Shown: in pieces, positions 54,974 to 64,000 of the stretch
How the letters are laid out: each line of letters opens with the position of its first letter
Position numbering within the stretch: position 1 is the first letter of the stretch
NCBI GenBank assembly: GCA_963799485.1
Contig: CAWCXJ010000007.1
Location: 320,001-384,000 of the forward strand
Source: an uncultured Trueperaceae bacterium
Lineage (GTDB): Bacteria; Deinococcota; Deinococci; Deinococcales; Trueperaceae
Length of the DNA: 64,000 nucleotides
Reading direction: 5' to 3'
The notes under the pieces: model-generated
Database searches by the model: none
What the model saw: the letters and a program-made list of their open reading frames with translations, nothing else
What the model was told of the DNA's origin: nothing
Made by a program: the position numbers and the translations under genes

Positions 54974-56152
54974 CAAAATCAGGGGTGCCGGCAAGGGTCT
55001 GTGTCGCCTTCGGTACCCGCCCGGAAGCCACCAAGATGGCCCCGGTTGTGTATGCGCTGCGTGAACAAGCGGGGACTCGAGCCCCTCTTGCTCGTCACCG
55101 GACAGCACCGCGAACAGCTCCGCAGTGTGCTGGCTTTGTTCAAGCTCACCCCGGACTTCGACCTCGACGTGATGCAGGTTCAGCAGACGCTCCCTGAACT
55201 CCTGGCCCGCACCGTTCCCGCCGCCGCGAAAGCCCTTAAAACCCTGCGGGCAGATTACGTTCTGGTTCACGGCGACACCTTGTCAACTTTTGCCGTAGCG
55301 CTCGCGGCCTACTTTGAAGGCATTCCCGTCGCGCACGTCGAGGCGGGGTTGCGTTCACACAACCTCAGAGAACCGTTTCCCGAAGAGGCGAACCGCCGTT
55401 TGACGGATGTTTTGACCGACCTCGAGCTGCCGCCTACGCCGCTCGCCAAAGCCAATCTGCTCCGTGAAGGCAAACGTGAAGCAACGATGGTCGTAACCGG
55501 CAATACCGCCGTGGACGCCGTGCGGTTCGTGGCCCAGAACGCACACTGGGCCGAACTGCCACCTGGCCCGGTCATCACCCTCACGATGCACCGCCGCGAA
55601 AACCTGCCGGTGCTTCGCCCTCTCGCTGAACTGTTTGCACGGCTCGCCGCCGAGTTTTCTGCCTTTACCTTCGTCTATCCGGTTCACCTCAATCCGGCGG
55701 TGCGCGGAGCGGTGTGGGAACCGCTGGCAAATGTCCCCAACGTCATTTTGACCGACCCGCTGGGCTACCCCGAAATGGTCGCCCTGATGAAAGCCTCGGA
55801 ACTGATCGTCACCGATTCGGGCGGCTTACAAGAAGAAGGAACGGCGCTCGGGGTACCCGTTGTCGTTCTCAGAAACGTTACCGAACGGCCCGAAGGCGTC
55901 GCGTCGGGGTCGCTCAAGCTGGCGGGGAACACGCCCGAAAGCGTCGAGGCGAGCTTGCGCCCGCTGCTTAGTGACGGTGCAGCAAGGGCTGTCATGCGAA
56001 ACCGGCCCAACCCTTACGGCGACGGTCTCGCCGGTGTCCGGGTCGCACGGGCGGTGGCGTGGCGTTTAGGGCTGGCGGAGCGGCCTGCGGACTGGGCGGG
56101 TGGGCAACACGTGTTTGAGCGCGACGAGGAGCGCAATCAGGCACGCGGCTAG
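54970..56152 (+). pseudogene. wecB: UDP-GlcNAc 2-epimerase, split by a +1 frameshift near 55071-55074
   Basis: [12 protein letters not shown] lies in one frame; [20 protein letters not shown] and TDSGGLQEE lie in another. Confidence 0.85.
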
Positions 56153-56680
56153 GGTCGTTGCCGTAATCCGTTCCGGGGATGCGGACGAAGCCAGCGACAA
56201 GTAGATACCGACCGGGTAGACGAGCGCCGTTAAAAATGTCGCCAAGGTCACGCGGCGAAAAATCAGGATAAAGAGGAGCAGCGCCGCAAGTCCGTAAAGT
56301 CCGCCGAGCGGATAGACGGGCAGCGCCACGCCGAGCGTCGTCGCCAAACCTTTCCCGCCGCGAAACCCGACCCACACCGACCAGAGATGTCCGACAATCG
56401 CCCCGACCCCGGCAACGAGCGGCGTAACGAGTGGGTCGCCACCGAGTGCGCCGAGCCATAAACCGATAAAACTTGCCAGGGCACCTTTGCCCAAATCGAG
56501 GAGTAGGACGAGCGCCCCGAGCGCCCAGCCGAGATTGCGGGCGGTGTTCATCGCACCCATGCTGCTCGAGCCCACCTCGAAAATATCTCGGTGCTTGAGC
56601 CGCGCGACTAGCGCCGCACTCGGCAAACTGCCGACCAAATAGCCGGTCAGCACACTCAAACCTAAAAAAATCCAGCTCAT
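56066..56680 (-). CDS. plsY: Glycerol-3-phosphate acyltransferase
   Basis: YLVGSLP, GAMNTAR, DLGKG, GH...FRGGKGLAT. Confidence 0.92.
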   Translation of the reverse strand: MSWIFLGLSVLTGYLVGSLPSAALVARLKHRDIFEVGSSSMGAMNTARNLGWALGALVLLLDLGKGALASFIGLWLGALGGDPLVTPLVAGVGAIVGHLWSVWVGFRGGKGLATTLGVALPVYPLGGLYGLAALLLFILIFRRVTLATFLTALVYPVGIYLSLASSASPERITATTLAACLIALLVALKHVLPTRPVRRPLRQP

Positions 56681-56703
56681 ACGGTGCTATTCATAAAGCT
56701 TGT

Positions 56704-57447
56704 TTATACCGCAGCTTCCGGCGTTCTCGGCAAATAGAGCAAGCTCTGCACCTCACCGACGTGATAGCCCAGATACCGCGACAACAGCGCCCAGTGCGCG
56801 CGGCGCTCGCCGAAGGGCAAGGTAAGCGCCTCCGCAACCCCCAAGCGGTGCAGCGCCGCGAGTTCATCCCGGACGCTCGGCAACAGCCGAAACCCGCCCC
56901 CGCACGCCGCGCAGCTGAGGCCCCCGGCAGCAACGTCGAACGTTGTTGCGTCTCCCAAATCGCGCTCACCACAACGGGCGCAGCGCGTCAAGCTTGGTGT
57001 CAACCCGCCCTGCGCCAACAACCGCCAGCTCATGACCAGCGCGACGCGTTCGGGGTCGGGGTCTCTCGACACCCCGCGCAGCGCTCCGGTAAAGTAGCGG
57101 TAAAAGCTACCGTCGAGATGCACGTCTACCGCGAGTTTGTCGGTCAGCTCGGCGAGGACGTGGGCGTAAGGGTAAACAGCCGGGTCGCTCAGCCGGGGCA
57201 GCGCGCCGTTAAGTTGAACTTGTGTGATGAGCGCCAAATCGCTCTGGTCATTCGGACGGGTGTAGTGCTGCACGGTTACGTCGTGAAACAAGCTCAGCTT
57301 GCCCAGGTTGCCGCCGACGAGCTTGCCTTTACGGGCAACGGCGCGCCATTTGCTCTGTTCGCTCAGGAGCGTGACTACGATGTCCCCGCTCGGTAATTCG
57401 GAGCGGCGCAAGATGATCCCTTCTTGGACGGTGTAACGTTGTCCCAC
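56704..57447 (-). CDS. recO: DNA repair protein RecO
   Basis: OB-fold EGIILRR...AVARK and C4 Zn finger CARC...CAAC. Confidence 0.9.
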   Translation of the reverse strand: MGQRYTVQEGIILRRSELPSGDIVVTLLSEQSKWRAVARKGKLVGGNLGKLSLFHDVTVQHYTRPNDQSDLALITQVQLNGALPRLSDPAVYPYAHVLAELTDKLAVDVHLDGSFYRYFTGALRGVSRDPDPERVALVMSWRLLAQGGLTPSLTRCARCGERDLGDATTFDVAAGGLSCAACGGGFRLLPSVRDELAALHRLGVAEALTLPFGERRAHWALLSRYLGYHVGEVQSLLYLPRTPEAAV

Positions 57448-57858
57448 ACGGCTATTTTAATCCGAACAAAGGGTTTTGGGTGTCTCGGCTCAAGCGACTT
57501 CTTGCAGCAGCGTTTCGGTTTTGCGGTGGTGACCTGATTTGAGTCGGTATGCAGGCAATGACCCGCTACCGAACGACGTCCAAGTTGTAACGGTGTAAGA
57601 GAAGGGGTAGATAAATAAGCTGCACTAGCACGGGCAGCTCCCAAGGGTCGCCGGTCTCGTGAGCCTAGTTCTCGCGTCGGACTTGAGGAAAAAGTTTTAC
57701 GAACGAAACGGGCAAGTCTTCGTCCAAGATAGCGGCGGCGCTTAGTGGTTTCACTTACCATTTCTTACATCAGTCTTAGATGAGCCATCACCCCTTAAGC
57801 AGCAAAACGTAACAGGAGAAATCAGGTGCGCGTTTGGCCCGGTCGTCAGCAGCAGGGG

Positions 57859-59850
57859 CTAGTTGAGCGTTTCACCGGTCCTGGGCGGCGCGCCGAGAAC
57901 CAAATGCTGTTTAAGGAGCAGCGCAAACTCGTCTTCAGGCATGGGTTTTGCGAAGAAAAACCCTTGCCCGACGTCGCAACCGAGGTTGCGGAGCAGTTCA
58001 AGCTGTTCAGCCGTCTCAATACCTTCGGCAACGAGTTCGACGCCCAGGTTTTGCGCCAGCTTGACGATCGCCTCGACGAGGGCAAGCGCGTAGTGCGGCG
58101 CGCGGCGCGGCGCGTTCAAGTCACGGACGAATGAACGGTCAATCTTGATAGTGTCGATTGGAAAGTCGCGCAGGTACGACAAGGACGAGTAACCGGTACC
58201 GAAGTCGTCTACCGCCACGGTGATGTTCGCGCGTTTGAGGCTTTGCAGGTTGCGCCGGACGATTTCAGGGTTACGGAGCATGGCGCTTTCGGTCAGCTCG
58301 AGTTCCAACATACCGGGCTCGAGGCGTGAACGCCGGAGCGCCTCCATCACCGAATCGCCGAAGCCGGGTTGGGCAAACTGCAGCGCCGAAACGTTGACGC
58401 TGACCCGAACCGACGAACCCGAAAGCTCCCAGGCGCGCGCCTGCCGGGTTGCCGTTTGCAACACCCAAGCGCCCAAAGCAACGATATGACCGCTTTGCTC
58501 GGCTAGGGGAATAAAGTCGGCGGGTGAAACGAGGCCGCGTTCGGGATGTTCCCAGCGTAGCAGCGCTTCGGCCTTGACGAGCCGATCTGTGCGGAGGTCG
58601 AAAAGCGGTTGGTAAAAAAGTTGCAATTCGCCCCTGGTGAGCGCTTGCCGCAGGTCACGTTCCAAAGCTTTATGCGCCTCGAGGGCGGCGTCGACGGTTT
58701 TGTGGTAGCGCTTGACGCCGTTTTTGCCGGCGTGTTTAACGTGATACATGGCGCTGTCGGCGTGCCGTAAAAGTTCGGCAGGGTCGTCGGTATCGTCGGG
58801 GTAAACGCTTACGCCGATACTCGCCCCAAGGTTAAACACCTGCGCGCCAAGAAAAAACGGCGTATCGAGGTTTCGTTTGATCTTTTCGGCAACTTTGACC
58901 GCTTCACTGCTCGTTTTGAGGCCACGCAGCAAAATAGCGAATTCGTCGCCGCTAATTCGCACCAAGAGGTCGGTCTGCCGGGTCGTGCGCCGTAAACGTT
59001 CGGCGATTTGCATAAGGAGGGTGTCGCCCGCCTCGTGTCCCACCGTGTCGTTGATGAGCTTAAAGCCGTCGATATCGATCAAAAGCAGGGCGAAAACCTC
59101 TTGCGTGGTCTCGGCGCTGCGCCGCAGGGTGTCCTCGAGCGTCAAGCGGTTCGGCAGGCCCGTTAAGAGGTCGGTATAGGCAAGCCGCTCCACCGTTTCG
59201 ACGTGGGTTTGCGAACGGACGAAACGGCCCATATAACGGCTGAAAAAGTAGCTCAGCGCGTAAAAGGTGAGGTTGGCTAAAAGCAGCTGGGCGAGTGCCT
59301 GAACCTCCCCGTAATTTTCGCCTGCCCACAGCTGGGACGCGCCGTAAACGACCCCGAGCGCGACCATCGCGGCAAAGCACGACGAGGCGACGCGCCGCCC
59401 GCCACAATGTCCGCCACAATGTCCGCCACAATGTCCGCCACAATTTCCGCCGCAATGTGGCAACAGCGCGGTCAACACGTAGAGCGCCGGAAGCCACACG
59501 AACGTTTCGCTGAGTTCCCGAAAAAAACTTGCACCGGGGGGCAAAAAGTAGAGGATATAGACGAGTTTACTCAGAAAAAAGAGCGCCGCCGCTGTTATCG
59601 TTCCTAAAAAGATGCGTTCAAAGGGGAGAACGCGGAAGTAGAGCAGCGCGCCGAAGAGCAGCAACACGCCCGCCAGCGCAGGGTACGCGGCGGTGTCGTA
59701 GGGGGTCGCTTGCGACCCTAGACGCTCGAGCGCCAGCCCGAGCAAAAGTGCCAATGCCGGAACAGGCAGCGCCACTAAAAAAGCACTCCGCCAGTTTTGC
59801 TGCGGCGTCCGGCCTAACGTGCCAAGCTTTTGAACGAGGCGTTCTAGCAT
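57859..59850 (-). CDS. Membrane-sensor diguanylate cyclase/phosphodiesterase (TM-GGDEF-EAL)
   Basis: About 6 TM helices, DLLTGLPNR, SGDEF, EAL, DDFGTGYSS, KID, EGIE; start 59850 or 59904. Confidence 0.93.
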   Translation of the reverse strand: MLERLVQKLGTLGRTPQQNWRSAFLVALPVPALALLLGLALERLGSQATPYDTAAYPALAGVLLLFGALLYFRVLPFERIFLGTITAAALFFLSKLVYILYFLPPGASFFRELSETFVWLPALYVLTALLPHCGGNCGGHCGGHCGGHCGGRRVASSCFAAMVALGVVYGASQLWAGENYGEVQALAQLLLANLTFYALSYFFSRYMGRFVRSQTHVETVERLAYTDLLTGLPNRLTLEDTLRRSAETTQEVFALLLIDIDGFKLINDTVGHEAGDTLLMQIAERLRRTTRQTDLLVRISGDEFAILLRGLKTSSEAVKVAEKIKRNLDTPFFLGAQVFNLGASIGVSVYPDDTDDPAELLRHADSAMYHVKHAGKNGVKRYHKTVDAALEAHKALERDLRQALTRGELQLFYQPLFDLRTDRLVKAEALLRWEHPERGLVSPADFIPLAEQSGHIVALGAWVLQTATRQARAWELSGSSVRVSVNVSALQFAQPGFGDSVMEALRRSRLEPGMLELELTESAMLRNPEIVRRNLQSLKRANITVAVDDFGTGYSSLSYLRDFPIDTIKIDRSFVRDLNAPRRAPHYALALVEAIVKLAQNLGVELVAEGIETAEQLELLRNLGCDVGQGFFFAKPMPEDEFALLLKQHLVLGAPPRTGETLN
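59399..59458. repeat. 12-bp tandem repeat x5 (CCGCCACAATGT) encoding (H/N)CGG
   Basis: Three exact units and two single-mismatch units. Confidence 0.95.
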
Positions 59851-60034
59851 CTGGAAAGGTGAGAAATTGGTCGGCGCGTAACCATAGGCATAATCAAGAT
59901 ACACACAAAACAGCAGTTTGGATTCGTGAAATTTAGCACTCTGCCGTCTGCGCCTGCGAATCCGGCTTCAGCGCTGAAATCCGGCGAACCTCGCCCCGCA
60001 CAAAAGCTGAACGGCAACGCGCCGACGTTATAGA

Positions 60035-60907
60035 ATGCCGAGTGTGACCCTGCCCCTTAGCACCGTCGCTGAACCCACTCGTCCGCCCGAACCCATAACC
60101 GAAGAAACGCTGCTGAGACGTATTTGCGTCTCGAAGCCTTATTACGCGCTGCTAGACCCGGCAAGCGCCGGTAACACCTTTTACGCCAGCGCCGTCGCCG
60201 ATTTGCCCTTGGGGGCCGAAGTCGGGCCGATGGGCAGCGCTGAAATCAGTCGCCACGCCGCAATTTCGGGTTTGTGCGCCGCAGCCCTCGCCCAAAAAGA
60301 CGACAAGCGGCGGTTTTATCTGGCGCAACGCGCTGAATACCGGGGCGTTGCGAACGCGGCACCTTACGGCGTACCTGTTACGTTCGCAGCGACGCTCAAG
60401 CGTCTGGATAAACGCGGGGCACGTTCGGAAATCATCGTCGAGGCGGCAGGAAAGCCGTTGGCAAAACTCGTCGTTGATTACACCATCTTGACCGAATACG
60501 CTTTCAGCAGACTTTTTCGGAGCCGTTATCGTCCGACCGAGCCGCAACCGGCGATGAATATCGACCTTCCTGGAAGCGTCTACAGTTCGGGTAAACGGTC
60601 GGTTTACGAGGTAGACGCGCTGCCTGAAACGGTTTGTGCGGGTCACTTTGCCGACCACCCGGCCCTTCCGGTTGCGCTGCTGATGGGTCAGCTCGGTACG
60701 GCGGCGTGGCGGCTGATGGACTCGGCGGGTTGGCGTGGTGTTCAGGCAAGTGTAAACGCGACCGACCTCTGCTGGGCGGACGAACGCGTCCGTTTCGAGG
60801 CCGAACGCGCAGCACTGCACCCCGATAAGCAGAGTACCTTCAAGTGTCGGGTCACCGCCGGAGACCGGCTCGTCTGCACCGCCGAGTTCAGGCTCGAGGC
60901 TCACTAG
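60035..60907 (+). CDS. Double hotdog-fold protein, AfsA/FabA-like
   Basis: AEISRH and GHFADHPALPVALL resemble hotdog active-site motifs; start may be GTG 60044. Confidence 0.55.
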   Translation: MPSVTLPLSTVAEPTRPPEPITEETLLRRICVSKPYYALLDPASAGNTFYASAVADLPLGAEVGPMGSAEISRHAAISGLCAAALAQKDDKRRFYLAQRAEYRGVANAAPYGVPVTFAATLKRLDKRGARSEIIVEAAGKPLAKLVVDYTILTEYAFSRLFRSRYRPTEPQPAMNIDLPGSVYSSGKRSVYEVDALPETVCAGHFADHPALPVALLMGQLGTAAWRLMDSAGWRGVQASVNATDLCWADERVRFEAERAALHPDKQSTFKCRVTAGDRLVCTAEFRLEAH

Positions 60908-61277
60908 CCAGACGAGTCCTACATCCAAACCACGCAGTGGTGTGTATACCCCCGATAGAGTTGCCCTTTTACGGTTCAGACGTCTCGGCGGCTCTAAGGC
61001 GCGCACCCATCCCCCCGGCGGGTGTGCGTTTTTTATGCCTTTCGCAAGAACAGCCGGTCGGTACGAAGTTCTGCAGCGCAACATCTTTTGTAATCGCTCC
61101 CGATTTCACTGACCGCTACGCACCTTTCAAGGTGACGCCGAGATCTCGCGCGACCAACCTACCGCAGAAACGGGACACACGTTCGCCTTTGGCGCGAGCG
61201 ACTTACACTGCACCGCCGACTTCCGGCACCAAGCCCCCAATCGGGGTTCAGACGGACTTTAGACGCTACACTTGGGT

Positions 61278-63653
61278 ATGCATGAGGGTTACTTTAGAGC
61301 ACCCGAACCGCAAGGTGCCGCCGCGTCCGGTCAGGTTATCTTGCGCGACGGCAGCACCGCGACGCTCAGGCCGGCTAGGGCGAGCGACCGAGCGCTGCTA
61401 GAAGCGTTTCTCGAGCGGATTGCACCCGAGTCGTATCAGCGCCGGTTTTTCGGTGAAACGCCCCCCAAAGTTGCCGCCGCGCGGATGCTGGCCCCCGAAC
61501 CTCCCGACACCAAGCTCGTGCTTTTTGTTCTGACCGGCGAGCCACACCAGCCCCGGCTTATCGCCACGGGTGAGTACGCCCGCGAAACGCCCGACTCGGA
61601 GCGCGCCGAGGTCGCTTTTTTGGTCGCCGACAGCGTTCACGGCAAGGGGTTGGGAACGCTTATTCTGGAGCGGCTGGCGCTCGTCGCGGCGCGGCACGGT
61701 ATAAGCCGGTTTACCGCCCTGACGATGGCGCGTAACCGGGCGATGCTCAGCATGTTTCAGAGCAGCGGCTTCCGGGTCAACCGGCGCTTGGAATACGGCG
61801 AGGTCGAACTCGACTTTTCGATCATGCCGAATGAGTCGAGCGTCGCGCGGATGGAGCTTCGTGAACGGGCGGCGACGGTCGCCTCGCTCTATCCTTTTTT
61901 CAGGCCGCGCCGCGTCGCCGTCTTCGGGCTTTCGACCTCGCCCAAAAGCGCGTCGCGGCGGGCGCTGGCCTACTTGCAAGCGGGTGGTTTTACGGGACAG
62001 GCGCACCTCATTAATCCCAATTTGAAGGGGGCCTATCCGTCGCTGGGGGCACTTCCGGACAAGGTCGAGCTGGCGCTGCTGGCCTTACCGCAAGACGCGG
62101 TACTAGCTGCTGTAGACGCGTGTGGGGCGGCGGGCGTCCGGGCGCTTATCGTCCTCAGCGCAGGCTTCGCCGAGTCGGGGACGGTCGGCGAGGCGCTCCA
62201 AAACGAGCTGGCGCGGCGGGTGCGCGGTTACGGGATGCGGCTCGTCGGCCCGAACAGTTTAGGTCTCTTGAACGCGGCCGAGGACGTAAGGCTTAACGCG
62301 AGTCTGGCTCCTGAATTGCCGCCACCCGGTAACGTCGCGGTGTCGTCGCAGTCGGGGGCCTTGGCGCTGGCGATACTCGAGCACGCGGGCGCAGCCGGGT
62401 TGGGCCTCAGAAGTGTCGTGTCGCTGGGCAATAAGGCGGACGTCTCGAGCAACGACCTCTTGCAGTACTGGGAGGACGACCCCGGTACGCATCTCATTGT
62501 CCTCTACCTGGCGTCGTTCGGGAACCCGCGCCGGTTCGCGCGGCTCGCACGGCGCGTCGGACGGCAAAAACCCATTCTGGTCGTCAAGGCCGGGGAGCCC
62601 GAGCTGACCGAAGCAGCCACCGACGCGCTCTTTCGGCAGACCGGCGTCATCCGCGCCGCGACTTTTGAAGAGCTGTTTGAAGTAGCGAACTTGCTCGCGC
62701 ACCAGCCCCTACCCAAAGGGCCACGTGTCGGCGTGTTGACCAATGCGAGCGGCCCGGCAGCGCTCGCAGAAGACGCCCTCGCCGCTCAGGGGCTCGAGCC
62801 CCGCCTTACCGACCTGAGCGCCTTTGCCGACGCCGAAGCGTACCGGGGAGCGCTACACACCGCTCTGGAGAACCCGGATTTGGACGCGCTGCTCGTCATC
62901 TTTTCACCCGTCGGTCTGAGCCGCGCCGACGAGGTGGGCGCGGTTATCGGTGAAGTGGTCTCTGCGGCGCGTTTACGCGGTCTGGTCAAACCGGTTTTAG
63001 GCTGTTTTACCGGCGCACACGCGCCCCTTTTCGCAGGCTCTGAAAGGCTGCCGAGCTACCGTTTTCCGGAGTCGGCGGCGCGTGCGCTCGCCCGCGCCTA
63101 CACCTACGCAACATGGCGCGACGAACCGCTCGGTCGGTTGCCGGTCTTTGAGGGCCTCGAGCCCCACCCTGCCCGCCAACTCTGCCGGGAGGTCGCCAGT
63201 GCAGGTGGCGGCGAGCTTTCCGAAACGCAGCGCGCCGAGGTTTTGCGGGCTTTCGGCGTCCCGTTTGAGCCGAATACCAAAGCGGGAACCGAGCTCAGCT
63301 TGCTGGTGCAACCTCACCCGCTCTTCGGCCCGGTGATGTCGCTTGGACTAGGTGGCCTTTACGGGGAGTTGGGCGACAAGACGTACCGGATTACGCCGCT
63401 GACCGGGCGCGACGCCGCTGAAATGGTGCGGAGTTTGCGAAGTTACCCGCTGCTTACGGGCTACCGGGGGCATCCGGCTGCGGACGTCTTAGCCCTCGAG
63501 ACACTCCTCTTACGGGTCTCGCGGCTCGTCGAGGAGGTGCCGGAACTCGGGACGTTAAACTTCAGTGTGCGGGTGCTCGCTCCCGGAGCGGGCGCTGTAG
63601 TCTCAGCGGCACGACTATCCGTTTTACCCACAGAAGAAGGTGAAGATGTCTGA
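61278..63653 (+). CDS. GNAT + CoA-binding/acyl-CoA synthetase fusion (Pat-type protein acetyltransferase)
   Basis: AEVAFLV...HGKGLG GNAT motif, then GPNSLG, SQSGAL, GNKADV, TNASG and a short ATP-grasp-like tail. Confidence 0.9.
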   Translation: MHEGYFRAPEPQGAAASGQVILRDGSTATLRPARASDRALLEAFLERIAPESYQRRFFGETPPKVAAARMLAPEPPDTKLVLFVLTGEPHQPRLIATGEYARETPDSERAEVAFLVADSVHGKGLGTLILERLALVAARHGISRFTALTMARNRAMLSMFQSSGFRVNRRLEYGEVELDFSIMPNESSVARMELRERAATVASLYPFFRPRRVAVFGLSTSPKSASRRALAYLQAGGFTGQAHLINPNLKGAYPSLGALPDKVELALLALPQDAVLAAVDACGAAGVRALIVLSAGFAESGTVGEALQNELARRVRGYGMRLVGPNSLGLLNAAEDVRLNASLAPELPPPGNVAVSSQSGALALAILEHAGAAGLGLRSVVSLGNKADVSSNDLLQYWEDDPGTHLIVLYLASFGNPRRFARLARRVGRQKPILVVKAGEPELTEAATDALFRQTGVIRAATFEELFEVANLLAHQPLPKGPRVGVLTNASGPAALAEDALAAQGLEPRLTDLSAFADAEAYRGALHTALENPDLDALLVIFSPVGLSRADEVGAVIGEVVSAARLRGLVKPVLGCFTGAHAPLFAGSERLPSYRFPESAARALARAYTYATWRDEPLGRLPVFEGLEPHPARQLCREVASAGGGELSETQRAEVLRAFGVPFEPNTKAGTELSLLVQPHPLFGPVMSLGLGGLYGELGDKTYRITPLTGRDAAEMVRSLRSYPLLTGYRGHPAADVLALETLLLRVSRLVEEVPELGTLNFSVRVLAPGAGAVVSAARLSVLPTEEGEDV

Positions 63654-64000
63654 ACCGGGTCACTATGACAGATTCGTTCGTTACAACACCTGGGCCAACC
63701 GCCGCACCGCTGAGATGCTGGCAGCTTTGCCTACAGACCGGCTAGCGCGGCCCCTGCTGCTTTTTAGTCACCTGCTGCGCGCCGAACGGGTGTGGCTGGC
63801 GCGTATTCAAGGTTCGCGTATTCAAGGTTTAAGTGCTGCGCCTGAGCTTTGGGAAACCGATTCGCTTACGGTTTGCCGGGAACGCCTCGAGGTGAACGCT
63901 GCGGCGTTTGAACTGCTACTGACGGGACTCGAGCCCGCAACCTTGACTCAGCCTACGCACTACGCGAATTCTCAGGGTACGCAGTACAGCACACCGCTCT
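63646..64000 (+). CDS. DinB/DUF664 family protein, partial (runs off the window edge)
   Basis: Manual translation YNTWANRR...FSHLLRAERVWLARI...YANSQG. Confidence 0.85.
   Translation, partial: MSEPGHYDRFVRYNTWANRRTAEMLAALPTDRLARPLLLFSHLLRAERVWLARIQGSRIQGLSAAPELWETDSLTVCRERLEVNAAAFELLLTGLEPATLTQPTHYANSQGTQYSTPL

Noticed and set aside
57375..57761. 128-aa ORF upstream of recO
   Set aside because: It overlaps the recO start and promoter, has atypical composition and shows no motif.
60152..61084. 310-aa antisense ORF and similar shadow ORFs throughout the window
   Set aside because: They are antisense or alternate-frame to well-supported genes, as expected in GC-rich DNA.

Overview
GC-rich bacterial chromosome segment, most likely Deinococcota (Truepera/Thermus-like). 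The assignment rests on the ribosomal proteins, a c552-like cytochrome and many leaderless genes. The left edge is a mobile-element cluster just downstream of tRNA-Leu(CAG). It holds the 5' part of an IS110-family recombinase with its noncoding left end (a bridge-RNA-like element whose guides can be read directly), inserted in an IS701-type transposase remnant. Then come proA, gyrB, a secreted pullulanase, and an alternative complex III operon (actABCDEF plus an ActG-cytochrome c552 fusion). Next are sua5-purE-purK-amylosucrase, a contiguous str-S10-spc-alpha ribosomal superoperon (rpsL to rplQ), lpdA, a Crp-family regulator and a PKD lipoprotein. The right part has upp, wecA, a frameshifted wecB, plsY, recO, a membrane GGDEF-EAL protein divergent from an AfsA-like double-hotdog protein, a GNAT/acyl-CoA synthetase fusion and a partial DinB-family gene. 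Best leads: (1) the IS110 bridge RNA apparently programmed against another IS; (2) the AfsA-like synthase/c-di-GMP sensor pair; (3) the ActG-c552 fusion; (4) three covarying hairpins before fusA; (5) an excess of CTCGAG. All calls are by eye and from recalled family motifs; no searches were run.
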